Of a stretch of DNA of 64,000 nucleotides, positions 1 to 13,854 are shown piece by piece. Origin of the DNA: Eledone cirrhosa (lineage: Eukaryota); the NCBI GenBank assembly GCA_964016885.1, contig OZ024741.1, positions 162,192,001 through 162,256,000 of the forward strand. Direction: 5' to 3'. Under the pieces are notes generated by a model. That model did not search any database. It was not told the origin of the DNA and saw only the letters and a program-made list of their open reading frames with translations. The first letter of the stretch is position 1, and each line of letters opens with the position of its first letter. The position numbers were made by a program, and so were the translations under genes.

Positions 1-2589
1 TCCAACACTCTACCTATACTGCTAATCTACACTACAATACTATGTCCAACACTCTACCAATACTGCTAATCTACACTACAATACTATGTCCAACACTCTA
101 CCTATACTGCTAATCTATACTACAATACTATGTCCAACACTCTACCTATACTGCTAATCTATACTACAATACTATGTCCAACACTCTACCTATACTGCTA
201 ATCTACACTACAATACTATGTCCAACACTCTACCAATACTGCTAATCTACACTACAATACTATGTCCAACACTCTACCTATACTGCTAATCTATACTACA
301 ATACTATGTCCAACACTCTACCAATACTGCTAATCTATACTACAATACTATGTCCAACACTCTACCTATACTGCTAATCTACACTACAATACTATGTCCA
401 ACACTCTACCAATACTGCTAATCTATACTACAATACCATGTCCAACACTCTACCTATACTGCTAATCTATACTACAATACTACGTCCAACACTCTACCAA
501 TACTGCTAATCTATACTACAATACTATGTCCAACACTCTACCAATACTGCTAATCTATACTACAATACTATGTCCAACACTCTACCTATACTGCTAATCT
601 ATACTACAATACTATGTCCAACACTCTACCAATACTGCTAATCTATACTACAATACTATGTCCAACACTCTACCTATACTGCTAATCTACACTACAATAC
701 TATGTCCAACACTCTACCTATACTGCTAATCTATACTACAATACTACGTCCAACACTCTACCTATACTGCTAATCTACACTACAATACCATGTCCAACAC
801 TCTACCTATACTGCTAATCTACACTACAATACTATGTCCAACACTCTACCTATACTGCTAATCTACACTACAATACTATGTCCAACACTCTACCTATACT
901 GCTAAACTACACTACAATACTATGTCCAACACTCGACCTATACTGCTAATCTACACTACAATACTATGTCCAACACTCTACCTATACTGCTAATCTACAC
1001 TACAATACCATGTCCAACACTCTACCAATACTGCTAATCTACACTACAATACTATGTCCAACACTCTACCTATACTGCTAATCTACACTACAATACTATG
1101 TCCAACACTCTACCTATACTGCTAATCTACACTACAATACTATGTCCAACACTCTACCTATACTGCTAATCTATACTACAATACTATGTCCAACACTCTA
1201 CCTATACTGCTAATCTATACTACAATACTATGTCCAACACTCTACCAATACTGCTAATCTATACTACAATACTATGTCCAACACTCTACCTATACTGCTA
1301 ATCTACACTACAATACTATGCCCAACACTCTACCTATACTGCTAATCTACACTCCAATACTATGTCCAACACTCTACCAATACTGCTAATCTATACTACA
1401 ATACTATGTCCAACACTCTACCTATACTGCTAATCTATACTACAATACTATGTCCAACACTCTACCTATACTGCTAATCTATACTACAATACTATGTCCA
1501 ACACTCTACCTATACTGCTAATCTATACTACAATACTATGTCCAACACTCTACCTATACTGCTAATCTATACTACAATACTACGTCCAACACTCTACCTA
1601 TACTGCTAATCTATACTACAATACTATGTCCAACACTCTACCTATACTGCTAATCTATACTACAATACTATGTCCAACACTCTACCAATACTGCTAATCT
1701 ATACTACAATACTATGTCCAACACTCTACCAATACTGCTAATCTATACTACAATACTATGTCCAACACTCTACCTATACTGCTAATCTATACTACAATAC
1801 TATGTCCAACACTCTACCAATACTGCTAATCTACACTACAATACTATGTCCAACACTCTACCAATACTGCTAATCTACACTTCAATACTATGTCCAACAC
1901 TCTACCAATACTGCTAATCTACACTACAATACTATGTCCAACACTCTACCTATACTGCTAATCTATACTACAATACTATGTCCAACACTCTACCTATACT
2001 GCTAATCTATACTACAATACTATGTCCAACACTCTACCTATACTGCTAATCTATACTACAATACTATGTCCAACACTCTACCTATACTGCTAATCTATAC
2101 TACAATACTACGTCCAACACTCTACCTATACTGCTAATCTATACTACAATACTATGTCCAACACTCTACCTATACTGCTAATCTATACTACAATACTACG
2201 TCCAACACTCTACCTATACTGCTAATCTACACTACAATACTATGTCCAACACTCTACCAATACTGCTAATCTATACTACAATACTATGTCCAACACTCTA
2301 CCAATACTGCTAATCTATACTACAATACTATGTCCAACACTCTACCTATACTGCTAATCTATACTACAATACTATGTCCAACACTCTACCAATACTGCTA
2401 ATCTACACTACAATACTATGTCCAACACTCTACCAATACTGCTAATCTACACTACAATACTATGTCGAACACTCTACCAATACTGCTAATCTATACTACA
2501 ATACCATGTCCAACACTCTACCTATACTGCTAATCTACACTACAATACTATGTCCAACACTCTACCAATACTGCTAATCCACCACCCTC
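1..2589. repeat. 44-bp minisatellite (about 58 copies, runs off the window start), derived from a SINE 5' head
   Basis: Unit TCCAACACTCTACCTATACTGCTAATCTACACTACAATACTATG repeats with few variants. Its reverse complement matches the SINE head GATTGGCAGTATCGGTAGAGGGTTGGAC. Confidence 0.95.
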
Positions 2590-3029
2590 AACGAATTTAG
2601 AAAATAATTCAAGTAAATAATAATTAGAATAATTTCTAAAAATAACAAAAGAAAGAGAAACGAACTGATTAATATAAGAACCAATATTTTGTATATAAGA
2701 GTGGTAGATTGACTATTATGCGATATTTAGTTACGACGTTTTACATTCTGAGTTTAAATGCTATCGAAGTTATCTTTGCCTTTCTTCCCTTCGGGGTCGA
2801 TAAATTAAAATACCGGTCAAGTACTGGGATTGATTTAATCAACTTTGCTGTTCCCAAGAATTTCTGGCCTTATACCTAATTTATAAATCAGTATTTTCGT
2901 GTATGAACATTTCTGTCTAGTGGGAAACAAAATTAATTGAATAACTTACTATTAGATGCTCACAATCCATATCGCCAGCATAATATTCACACACTTTCTG
3001 TTTTCTCTTTACCATAATGCACTGTTAAT

Positions 3030-4100
3030 GATGGATTGCCAACACCTTAGAAGGAAAAAGACATATTACAACAAAGGATGGAAACAACAATTTTTGTTTG
3101 TAATGATTAAAGAGAAATACACGTGTTTAATTTGCTGCGAGAACATCGCTGTACCAAAGCAAGATAATATAGGGAGACATTTTAATACAACTCATAAAAT
3201 ATTCGTAACACAGTTTCCTCCTAATTCAGAAATGTAAAAACTTAAAACAAAAGAAATAATTTAAAGTTTGGAAAAGCAATAATCGCTTTTCAAAGAGTCA
3301 ACTTCTAAATCTTTGCCTGCTACTTCGGAAATCGCATGTAATTGCAAATCATTGAAAAAAAAAATCCTTTGTTATGTCATGATGAATGAATCTTTTCTGG
3401 AAGCTAGCGACTCGCTTTTTACAATGTAAAAGATAAAAAGCAAGTATAATAAATAATAAGTGAGTTGCAGTTGTTAACGAAACATTGAAAGTCTAACAAC
3501 ATAACTAAAGCATTACATATAGATATTTCTGACAGCATGACTGTAATAGTTAGCAATAAAGAATTTATTGCTCTTTACAAAAAAGATCTTGAATTTCCAA
3601 AATTATTCATATCAGGAAAGGTGTTAGATTCTTTGGGAAATTTTTGCTCGAAATCAAATCTTTTTTTTTTTTCTTTTTAATTAAAGAGATGATTGGTGAG
3701 AACGATATAAACTGATTATGAGATTTAATTATTTTAACAGATGTGATATTCCCGTAAAAGTGTAATAAGTTTTGTTAACACTTTCAAAGCAAAATTTTGA
3801 TCATAATTTTCCAATTCAAAAAAACAAATAACCAAACATTTTCCATTTCTCACAGTATAAATTACCAAACATACAATAAATAAACAGCTGTTTTGTCATA
3901 AAAATCCGACATTTATATTGCAACTTTAAAAACAGAATTCGACGTTCGTTTCTAAGATTTTGAATAACTACCACCAATAGTAGTATTTTTCATATATCTT
4001 CAGTGACATTGTTACGAAGACAGGGGTAACGTTTAACTTAAATTCGACAGATATCGAAGATGTATTAATAGTACTACAAAACACTATTAATTCAATGATC
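3030..4100 (+). pseudogene. Decayed hAT (Buster/SPIN/GTF2IRD2-like) transposase, N-terminal zinc finger plus downstream remnants
   Basis: ORF 2956-3237 has W..QFLFV..KEKYTCLICCENIAVPKQDNIGRHFNTTH, the CxxC...H...H motif typical of Buster/SPIN transposases. Stops and frameshifts follow; the right end is approximate. Confidence 0.75.
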
Positions 4101-4379
4101 AAATAAAATCAATGAAACTCATTTATATTATTGGAAATATCCCTAACAAAAAGTTTGAATTAAAACTAATTAAATAAAACTACCGATCCTCGGAGCCATC
4201 CTGAACAAATAGTGAACATTTTTTCTGCCGCCATAAAACATATTCTTGCCAAAATGAAATCGAAAAACTTAAACTCAATTGAAGAAAGCTACAGCAATAA
4301 TCAACTGATCTTAAAAAAATAAAGTACCAGTAATACACTAGGGTAATTGCTGGCCTTGTGCCAAAAATAGAAACAATTA

Positions 4380-4550
4380 TAATGGCCATGATAGTCATAT
4401 CAATAAGCCAGTTATGACACGCTTAAGGAAAAGTTACCTTGATTTGTTTTTAGTCGTGCAGCCCACTTTATGATGAGCCATATCTCATGCGGCCCACATT
4501 GTGGTGAGCCTTATCTCATGCGGCCCACCTTATTATGAGCCATAGCTCAT
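4380..4550. repeat. Left arm of an inverted duplication (partner 7831-8460) containing 31-bp repeats
   Basis: GACACGCTTAAGGAAAAGTTACCTTGATTTGTTTTTAGT is the reverse complement of about 8352-8390. Confidence 0.85.
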
Positions 4551-5069
4551 AATGTAATTCTCGTAAAGATTCAGCATGACACAGAATGTGACAAGTCTAG
4601 GTCTTTGAATTACAAGTGCAGTTCATTTCACAGATTTCTAAACAATTTCCATGTACCCAATTTCACTCGCTAGGCTTGCGTTGACACGAGGCTATAACAA
4701 ACGACATTTACCCTTGATGTCACGTAATGGGATCGAACTCGAAACGAAGTTCTCAACCATTCAGCCATGCTGTGTATATTCCCTACTAAAGAGGAAACAG
4801 AAATAACAAATTATATAGGTCAATTTTGAGCAGAGCTTATTTAAACTGTTGATCTGTATAAGAATAGAATCTACTATAATTACGAATTTAGTTTACAGGA
4901 AACAAATAAGTTGAACAAACTAACCGTCAAGTAAGATAGTCATTAATGTCTCAGTAGACTCAAGATTGTAATGACAAGTTTAATCAGCACAATATTTAAA
5001 GAGATTAACCTGAGTTTCCTGTTTCTAGAAGAAGAAGAAGAAGAAGAAGAAGAAGATAGATAGATAGAT

Positions 5070-5235
5070 AGATTTCTTTATTAGCCACAAGGGCGCAACA
5101 AGAAAGGGGACAATACAAAGACATGCCGGGGATTTTACATACAGTCGTGTAAAAAATATAAAAAACAAACAATTTCAACAATCGAAATCCCCAATAGGGG
5201 GGAGGCGCCACAAATGGGTTGTTTAATACCCCGTC
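5070..5235 (-). mobile_element. 3' tail of an L1/Tx1-like LINE embedded in a (GATA)n microsatellite
   Basis: Shares CCCCCTATTGGGGA, TTTGTATTGTC and GCCCTTG.GGC.AATAAA with the element end at 18290-18606. (GATA)n lies on both sides. Confidence 0.55.
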
Positions 5236-5414
5236 GATAGATAGATAGATAGATATGTTGATATGTATGTGTATATATACGCACACGCACATATATACAT
5301 ACATAATAAATACATACACACATATTTATATATGTATATATGTATGTATGCATGTATGTGTGTATGTATGTATGTGTATCTGTTTAAGTTTCGTTCCTTC
5401 TCATGTCGGAGAAC

Positions 5415-5487
5415 TTGGAGTGGCTGTTCCAGCGCGTCTCCCTCGCCATCCTCCGGGGAAATGTCTTTTCCATTTTGTCCACTGGGA
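5415..5487 (+). mobile_element. 3'-terminal fragment of a CRE-clade retrotransposon
   Basis: Encodes LEWLFQRVSLAILRGNVFSIL, similar to 49057-49120. QR.S.A..RGN is the C-terminal CRE motif. Confidence 0.7.
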
Positions 5488-5512
5488 CTACGGGGCGAAC
5501 TAACCCTTAAAC

Positions 5513-5998
5513 CAGGGGTCGGCAAACTTTTGGGGTGTGCGGGCCTCATTGCTATCCAGTGACTCGTCTGCGGGCCACATAGCTATGCAGTGTCTCGTCG
5601 GCAGGCCATGATATCAAATTATAATAAATTTGCTCGACCTCAGACCACTCTGTCCAATAGGCTACCTTAATCCAGGGATTTAAAGAAGAACAATGAATTT
5701 TATGTGATATTACTTTAATGACATTCCTTACTATAAATAAAACCCAAGCAGAAATGATAAATTGTTTAATGGGATACTATCTGTCTGAGTTTGATTGTTT
5801 GTTACTGTCATGCAAAAAATTTACGTTCAGCTAAGTTACTTATGTGGCTAGACGTGTTCTCTAGTTGGTATTGTAATCCAAAATAATTCAGAGCACTTTT
5901 TCAGGGATCACTTAGCCTAAGATTGAAACCTTTGGCGGGCTGGAAAAAAATCCTTCGCGGATTGGATGTGGCCCGCGGGTCCGGGTTGCCTACCTCTG
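5513..5998. mobile_element. Non-autonomous hAT (Buster/Charlie-type) MITE
   Basis: Imperfect TIRs CAGGGGTCGGCAAAC ... GGTTGCCTACCTCTG. Perfect 8-bp TSD CCTTAAAC at 5505-5512 and 5999-6006 with central TA. Confidence 0.9.
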
Positions 5999-6499
5999 CC
6001 TTAAACAATGGGTAGTAAATACAGATCACACACACAATTATAAAATATGGCGTTAGAGGTACCTCTTGGTAGTCAGCCTAAACAAGTCGGTATGATCGAT
6101 AAAAGAATAAAAAAGATTTGAACTAACCTTCCTCTTCGTGTGTTTATCAAAATGTAGAAGGGTACAAAGATCAATGTAACAGATGTGGTCATGTAACAGA
6201 TGGAGTCATATAAAAGATGTAGTCATATCAAAGATGGAGTCATGTAACTGGAGTCCTCTCTGTGTTTCCATTCTATTTCAAATGAGACACAATGAACAGC
6301 AGCGGATCAAGAGAAAACAATAATCTTTAAATAAATGAAACAAAAATATATGTAAAGTTCATGAAAAAAAAATAATAATTCTCACTACTTCTGGTAACAC
6401 GTGGTACTGATTTTGATGCTTGATTTTTGCTAAGCACGATTTCACGGTTCACCGCGCCGCTGTTAATATCACCATCACATTTAATACGTTTGTGGGTTT

Positions 6500-7720
6500 T
6501 AATTTGTTGTGTTGTTGTTAGTGTTGTTATAGTTGTTGCTAGTAGTAGTGGTGGTGGTGGTGGTGGCGGTGGTGGTGGTGGCGGTGTTGGTGATGGCTGT
6601 GGTGGTGGTGGTGATGGCCGTGGTGGTGGTGGTGGTGGTGGTGGCGGTGGTGGTGGTGGCTGTGGTGTTGGTGGTGGTGGTATTGATGGTGGTGGTGGTG
6701 GTGGTGGTGGTGATGGCTGTGGTGTTGGTGGTGGTGGTGGTGGTGGCTGTGGTGGTGGTGGCTGTGGTGATGGTGGTGGTGGTGGTGGTGGTGGCTGTGG
6801 TGGTGGTGGTGTTGGTGATGGTGGTGGTGGTGGTGATGGCTGTGGTGGTGGTGGTGGTGGTGGCTGTGGTGGTGGTGGTGTTGGTGATGGTGGTGGTGGT
6901 GGTGGTGGTGATGGCTGTGGTGGTGGTGGTGGTGGTGATGGCTGTGGTGGTGGTGGTGGTGGTGATGGCTGTGGTGGTGGTGGTGTTGGTGGTGGTGGTG
7001 GTGGTGATGGCTGTAGTGGTGGTGGTGATGGCTGTGATGGTGGTGGTGGTGGTGGTGGTGGTAGTAGTGGTGGTTGTGGTGGTGGTGGTGGTGGTGGTGG
7101 TGGTGGTAGTGGTGGTGGTTGTGGTGGTGGCTGTGGTGGTGGTTGTGGTGGTGCTGGTGGTAGTGGAAGTGGTGGTGATGTTTTTTAATGCTCATAATCT
7201 TTTTCTTCACGAATATTGAAGTGTGTATATCGATGGTGTGGTCACGGTATTGAGATTATTTTCCTTCATAGACATCTGTCAATCCCCCTTCCCCCTCCTT
7301 TCTATTCATCTCTCTCTCTCCCCCTCTATCTTTCTTCTTCCTTCTCTTTCTCCCTCCCTCCCTTTCTTTCTTCCTCCTTCTCTTTCTCCCTCCTTCCCTA
7401 TCTTTCCCCTCCCTCCCTTTCTTTCTTCCTCCCTCTCTTTCTCCTTCCCTCTCTTTCTTCCTCCCTCTCTTTCTCCCTCCCTTTCTTTCTTCCTCCTTTT
7501 CTTTCTCCCTCCCTCTCTTTCTCCCTCCCTTTCTTTCTCCCTCCCTTTCTTTCTTCCTCCCTCTCTTTCTTCCTCCCTCCCTTTCTTTCTTCCTCCCTCT
7601 CTTTCCCCCTCTCTCTTTTTCTCCCTCCCTCTCTTTCGCCCTTCCTCCCTCTCTTTCTTCCTCCCTCTCTATCTATTCCTGTCTCTCTTTTTTCTCTCTC
7701 CCACTTCTCTTCTCTTTATT
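6500..7720. repeat. (GGT)n microsatellite (6545-7180) and CT-rich low-complexity tract (7290-7715)
   Basis: Direct inspection. The poly-G, poly-V and poly-H ORFs are artefacts of the repeat. Confidence 0.95.
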
Positions 7721-7830
7721 CTCATATACTTACTTACACTTATCACTTAAGTTTTCTTCTTCTTAATCACACTATTGTCTATTACCCGCAACGTCTTTCG
7801 AGTCGCATTAGACACGGCTCATAATAAAAC

Positions 7831-8460
7831 GTGCCACATGAGCTATGGCTCATCTAAAGGCGGGCCGCATGAAATAGGGCTCACCATAAGGTGTGCCACA
7901 TGAGCTATGGCTCATCTAAAGGCGGGCCGCATGAAATAGGGCTCACCATAAGGTGTTCCACATGAGCTATGGCTCATCTAAAGGCGGGCCGCATGAAATA
8001 GGGCTCACCATAAGGTGTGGCACATGAGCTATGGCTCATCTAAAGGCGGGCCGCATGTAATAGAGCTCACCATAAGGTGTTCCACATGAGCTATGGCTCA
8101 TCGTAAGGCGGGTCTCATGAGCATGGTGCATAATATTGGGTCGTCAAGTATGAAATTTGTAGAAATTTGTAGAAAAAAGACCAAATTTCTACAAATTTCA
8201 TATTTGACGACCCAATAAAACAACATGAGATACAACCCATCATAAGGCGGGTCACGTAAGATATGTTTCATCATAAGGCTGACCGCATAATATATGGCAC
8301 ATTATAAGGTGGGTCACATGAAATATAACTCGTAATAAAGTGGGCTGCACTACTAAAAACAAATCAAGGTAACTTTTCCTTAAGCGTGTCATTCAAAAAG
8401 CCAAACGGTTTGCAGTTTGTCCATAACTACTGACTTATTGATATGACTGTCATGACCAGG
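7831..8460. repeat. 62-bp (2x31) tandem repeat with internal hairpins; right arm of the inverted duplication
   Basis: Unit CACATGAGCTATGGCTCATCTAAAGGCGGGCCGCATGAAATAGGGCTCACCATAAGGTGTGC, about 4.5 copies, then degenerate 31-mers. Confidence 0.9.
8134..8217. mobile_element. Collapsed Tc1/mariner-like MITE (hairpin)
   Basis: TATTGGGTCGTCAAGTATGAAATTTGTAGAAATTT ... AAATTTCTACAAATTTCATATTTGACGACCCAATA with TA at both ends. It interrupts the 31-bp array. Confidence 0.6.
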
Positions 8461-8642
8461 ATAATGATCGTGATCTTTATCATGATTGTCATCATCCTCA
8501 TCAACATCACCATCATCATCATTATCATCAACATCCTCATCAACATCCTCATCATCATCGTTGTAGTCATCGTTGTAGTCATCGTCGTCATGTTTAATGG
8601 CGTCGTTGTCGCCGCCGTCGATGTCGTTGTCGTCACCGTCGC

Positions 8643-8707
<65 letters not shown>

Positions 8708-8901
8708 CAGGAGCAGCAGCAGCAGCAGCAGCAGCAGAAGAAGAAGTAGAAGAAGAAGAAGAGTTTGTGTCGTTGGTTGCGGTAGTAGTTGGTTGCGTTG
8801 GTTGTAGTAGTTGGGATATACTGGAACGTATTAAATGAAATATTTCAATGACGACTAAATTGGGATTATGGCTGTCGATTCCGTGGTAGAGTTGTTAGAG
8901 C

Positions 8902-9880
<979 letters not shown>

Positions 9881-10216
9881 ATTAGAGCGTCTTGGCTTTG
9901 TTTTTGTGCTTAACTCAGGCCAACGCTAGGCTTTGGTGATCGGAATGGGTGGGGTGGGGCTTCAGAACATTCTAATTCACAATGTTTTAAGGCGAAGTTT
10001 CGCAATAAACACATCATGGTAAATTGTTCTATATCGGGGGGGGGGGGGGGGGGGGGGGCAGTGTAAGGGCGTAAGGGCAGTACTGTTCTGTCCCCCCCCC
10101 CCCCTCCGCCCATACACCCACCGCCCTAATGATGGATTGACAGTTTTATATAAATACACACAGAAAAACAATTTAGTGCGTGTGTGTGTGTGTGAGAGAG
10201 AAAGAGACAGAGACGG

Positions 10217-10247
<31 letters not shown>

Positions 10248-10261
10248 CGGAGAGAGGGAGA

Positions 10262-10304
<43 letters not shown>

Positions 10305-10699
10305 TGAGCGAAAGTGAGAGAGGGAGGGGGAGAGGGAGATAGAGTGAGTGAAAGTTATAGAGAGGGGGAGAGAGAGAGGTAGAGAGAGAGAGAAGGGGTG
10401 TATGTATGTGTGTAGCGCAAGGAACTGGGACAAATGCCATAAGTTATTTCGTCTGTTGCTCAACCAATTTTGCCATCTACTCGCCATTAGTTTGTAATAT
10501 TATTTTTGAAGTTTCAAATGATATTTTCATGTCATGAAAGAATATTTTGACATATTACTAATGAATAATAAAGCATTTATCTCTCCACGCCCACCACTGT
10601 GGGTTTTTTCTCATCTGAAAATTTAGTCGAATCTAATGACTGTGAGTACATAGGAGAAATTCTAGAGAGTAATATAACTTAAACTTAGCCTTAATAAAT

Positions 10700-10755
<56 letters not shown>

Positions 10756-10774
10756 CATACACATATACATTCAT

Positions 10775-11360
10775 ATGGTGGCTGCAACTCGTTTTCGAGT
10801 ACGGCCACTACTTTATATCCATGTAGGAGAACCCCTACTGATGCGCTGAACGAGTGTGACTTTTGAGTCCAGCCAGCGACATGAACACACTGGTACAAAC
10901 ACTACACATGTGACAATTACTGACACATAGTGCTGGGCCCATGGTACCATGTGCTGACAGGTGCAGAGAGATCTCCAGATATAAAGCAATGCCTGTGCCG
11001 TGAAGCTTTTATAGTGAGCAAATGCACTGCACAAAGCCAGTCCCACTCTCTTAACCAATGATATTTACCAAAAAGAAGAACAAGTCAACATCATTGGATA
11101 CCATCAGGGTTGCAGGTGTTATATCAGAGTTTTCCTTCTCCTAGAATTCTGCCTTGACAAAGGCTAAGGGGTCATCTCTCCCGGTGACTCTTAAGAGATC
11201 CTTTGCCCTTTGACAGGTTTTGTTTTTAGTCCTGCAGGATGTCCAAAGTCACCCTCCTCACCAAGAAAACTTGGTGGGTTGCCAGTTTAGTCACCAACGA
11301 CCCGACCATGGGACAGGTTGTACTGGGATACATGTTACCAGTCGCACCAACTGGTGACCT
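10775..11360 (-). mobile_element. Bipartite non-autonomous RTE-like element (5' leader fused to 3' end)
   Basis: 5' part is homologous to 34350-34750 (GGTCAC...CTGGTAACATGTA.CCCAGTACAACC; CTAGGAGAAGG). 3' part has a terminal C2H2-like finger remnant and the tail TGGCCGTACTCGAAAACGAGTTGCAGCCACCAT. Confidence 0.65.
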
Positions 11361-11892
11361 GATATATATACATATATATATACATATACACATATATACA
11401 TGCATACATACACATATACATATATATATATATATACATACATATACACATACATGCATACACACATATATACATACATATATACATACATACATACATA
11501 TATACATACATATATACATATATACATATACATACATATACATATATATATATATATACATACACATACATATACATATATACATATACATATACATATA
11601 TATACATATACACACACATACATATATATACACATACACATATATATATACATAGATATATATACATATATATATACATACATACATATACACATACATA
11701 CATATATACATACATATACATATACATACATATATACATACATATATATATACATACATATATATATATACACATATATATACATACATATATATACATA
11801 TATACACACATACATACACACATACATATATATATACATACATATATATATACACATATATATGCACATATATACACATATATATATACACA

Positions 11893-11925
<33 letters not shown>

Positions 11926-12007
11926 ACATATATATATACATATATACACATACATATATATATACATAAATACATATACATACACATATATATACACATA
12001 TACATAC

Positions 12008-12038
<31 letters not shown>

Positions 12039-12810
12039 CATACATATATATACATATATATATATATATAGATACATACACACATACATATATACATATA
12101 CATATATATATATATATACATATATATATACATACACACACATATACATATATATACATACATATATATATATACACATATACATATACATATATATATA
12201 TACACATATACATATATATACATATATATATATATACATACATACACATACATATATATACATACATGGTGGCTGCCAACTCGTTTTCGAGTACGGCCAC
12301 TACTTTATATCCATGTAGGAGAACCCCTACCGATGCGCTGAACGAGTGTGACGTTTTAGTCCAGCCAGCGACTTGAAAACTCTGGTACAAACACTACACT
12401 TGTGACAATTATTGACACATAGTGCTGGGCCCATGGTACCATGTGACAAGTGCAGAGATATACATACATACACATATACATACATATATACATACACATA
12501 CACATATATATACATATATACATATACATATATACACACATACACATATATATATACATATACATATATATACATATATATATATACATACATACATACA
12601 TATATATATACATATATACATACATATATATATACACATACATATATACATACATATATATATATACACATACATATATATATACATATATATATATATA
12701 CATACATACACACATACACATATACATATATACACATATATGTATACATACATATGTATACATACACACACACACATACACACATATATACATATACATA
12801 TATATAAATG
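11361..12810. repeat. Compound (TA/CA/TACA)n microsatellite, interrupted by an RTE 3' fragment
   Basis: Direct inspection. Confidence 0.95.
12266..12458 (-). mobile_element. 5'-truncated RTE-like 3' end
   Basis: Near-identical to 10775-10968. Encodes [23 protein letters not shown]-stop, a C2H2 finger as at RTE C-termini. Confidence 0.7.
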
Positions 12811-12839
12811 AAAGGTATAGAAAACATATATATACTTTT

Positions 12840-13074
12840 CGATATTAACAAATGGAAACTATATTTATAAAACCATATCTATTTCATTAGACATATTTCA
12901 AGGATACCAAGTTAAATTATGGTATGCCTTCATCAGACAAAATACAATATATACCAGTTTTATATATTGTATTTTGTCCGATGAAGGCATACCATAATTT
13001 AACTTGGTATCCTTGAAATATGTATAATGAAATGAATATGGTTTTATAAATATAGTTTCCATTTGTTAATATCG
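12840..13074. repeat. Palindrome with arms of about 110 bp, containing a hammerhead-like core (Penelope-like inverted end)
   Basis: Arms are near-perfect reverse complements. The minus strand of the left arm reads CTGATGA-AGGCATACCA...TGGTATCCTT-GAAA-TATGTC. Confidence 0.8.
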
Positions 13075-13483
13075 TATATCTACTCCAAATACTTGTCGAG
13101 TGCTTTATATCAGTTATAAAAATATTTACTTGTTGTATCCCAACAATTTAAATAGAACTTTTGCATATATATTGCCAGAGAACGTCTCTATGCACCACCT
13201 AAGAGAACATTATTCTACGACCTCTTTTATGCCATAAACGTGGTTCTGTCTTTGCGCGTAATTGTTTTTCACCGCTCCTATTAATGACGTATTATTCGTT
13301 TTTTCCCGTTCTTTGCCAGCGAACGTTCCCACGAACCAAAGTATCGTCTTCCTGTCTTCCTCCGGTTGCAACGTTTTTTGAAATATCCAGTTCTGCGTTT
13401 ACAGATTGACTTTGTTAGTTTCAGAAGATCCCGTTAAGGGTGAAAGCAGCGATTCTTTGCTTAAACTTTAATCTGTTATTTTA

Positions 13484-13528
<45 letters not shown>

Positions 13529-13854
13529 TAGATAGATAGATATATATATATAATCTATTTTGGGATGGAAACGTTGAGTTGAGGTGTATCTCATTGAAAG
13601 GCGACGCTGTTCACCACATTTTTCAGTCTTGAACCTCGGCGAGATTTGAACTCAGAACGTAGAGGACTGTAAGTTTTACGTTATCAGTTCTAATCCCATC
13701 AAGGTCAGCTTTGCCTTTCATCCTTCAAGGTTATAAAGTACCATAACAGTACCGAGGTCATTTTATTCGACCTTCTACTCCTCCTCCTAAATTACTGGCC
13801 TTGCGACATAGCTAGAAATAAATATACTTTTGTCTTTCTACATACAATCTAGTT

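Noticed and set aside
1-2580. CRISPR-like array
   Set aside because: No unique spacers, eukaryotic context and no cas genes.
6427-7219. Gly-, Val- or His-rich ORFs, including an apparent signal peptide plus Gly/Cys repeat
   Set aside because: A (GGT)n microsatellite is open in several frames. The same applies at 14073-14848 and 20295-20929.
11226-12851. Many Y/I/H/C/V-rich ORFs
   Set aside because: Translations of TA/CA microsatellites.
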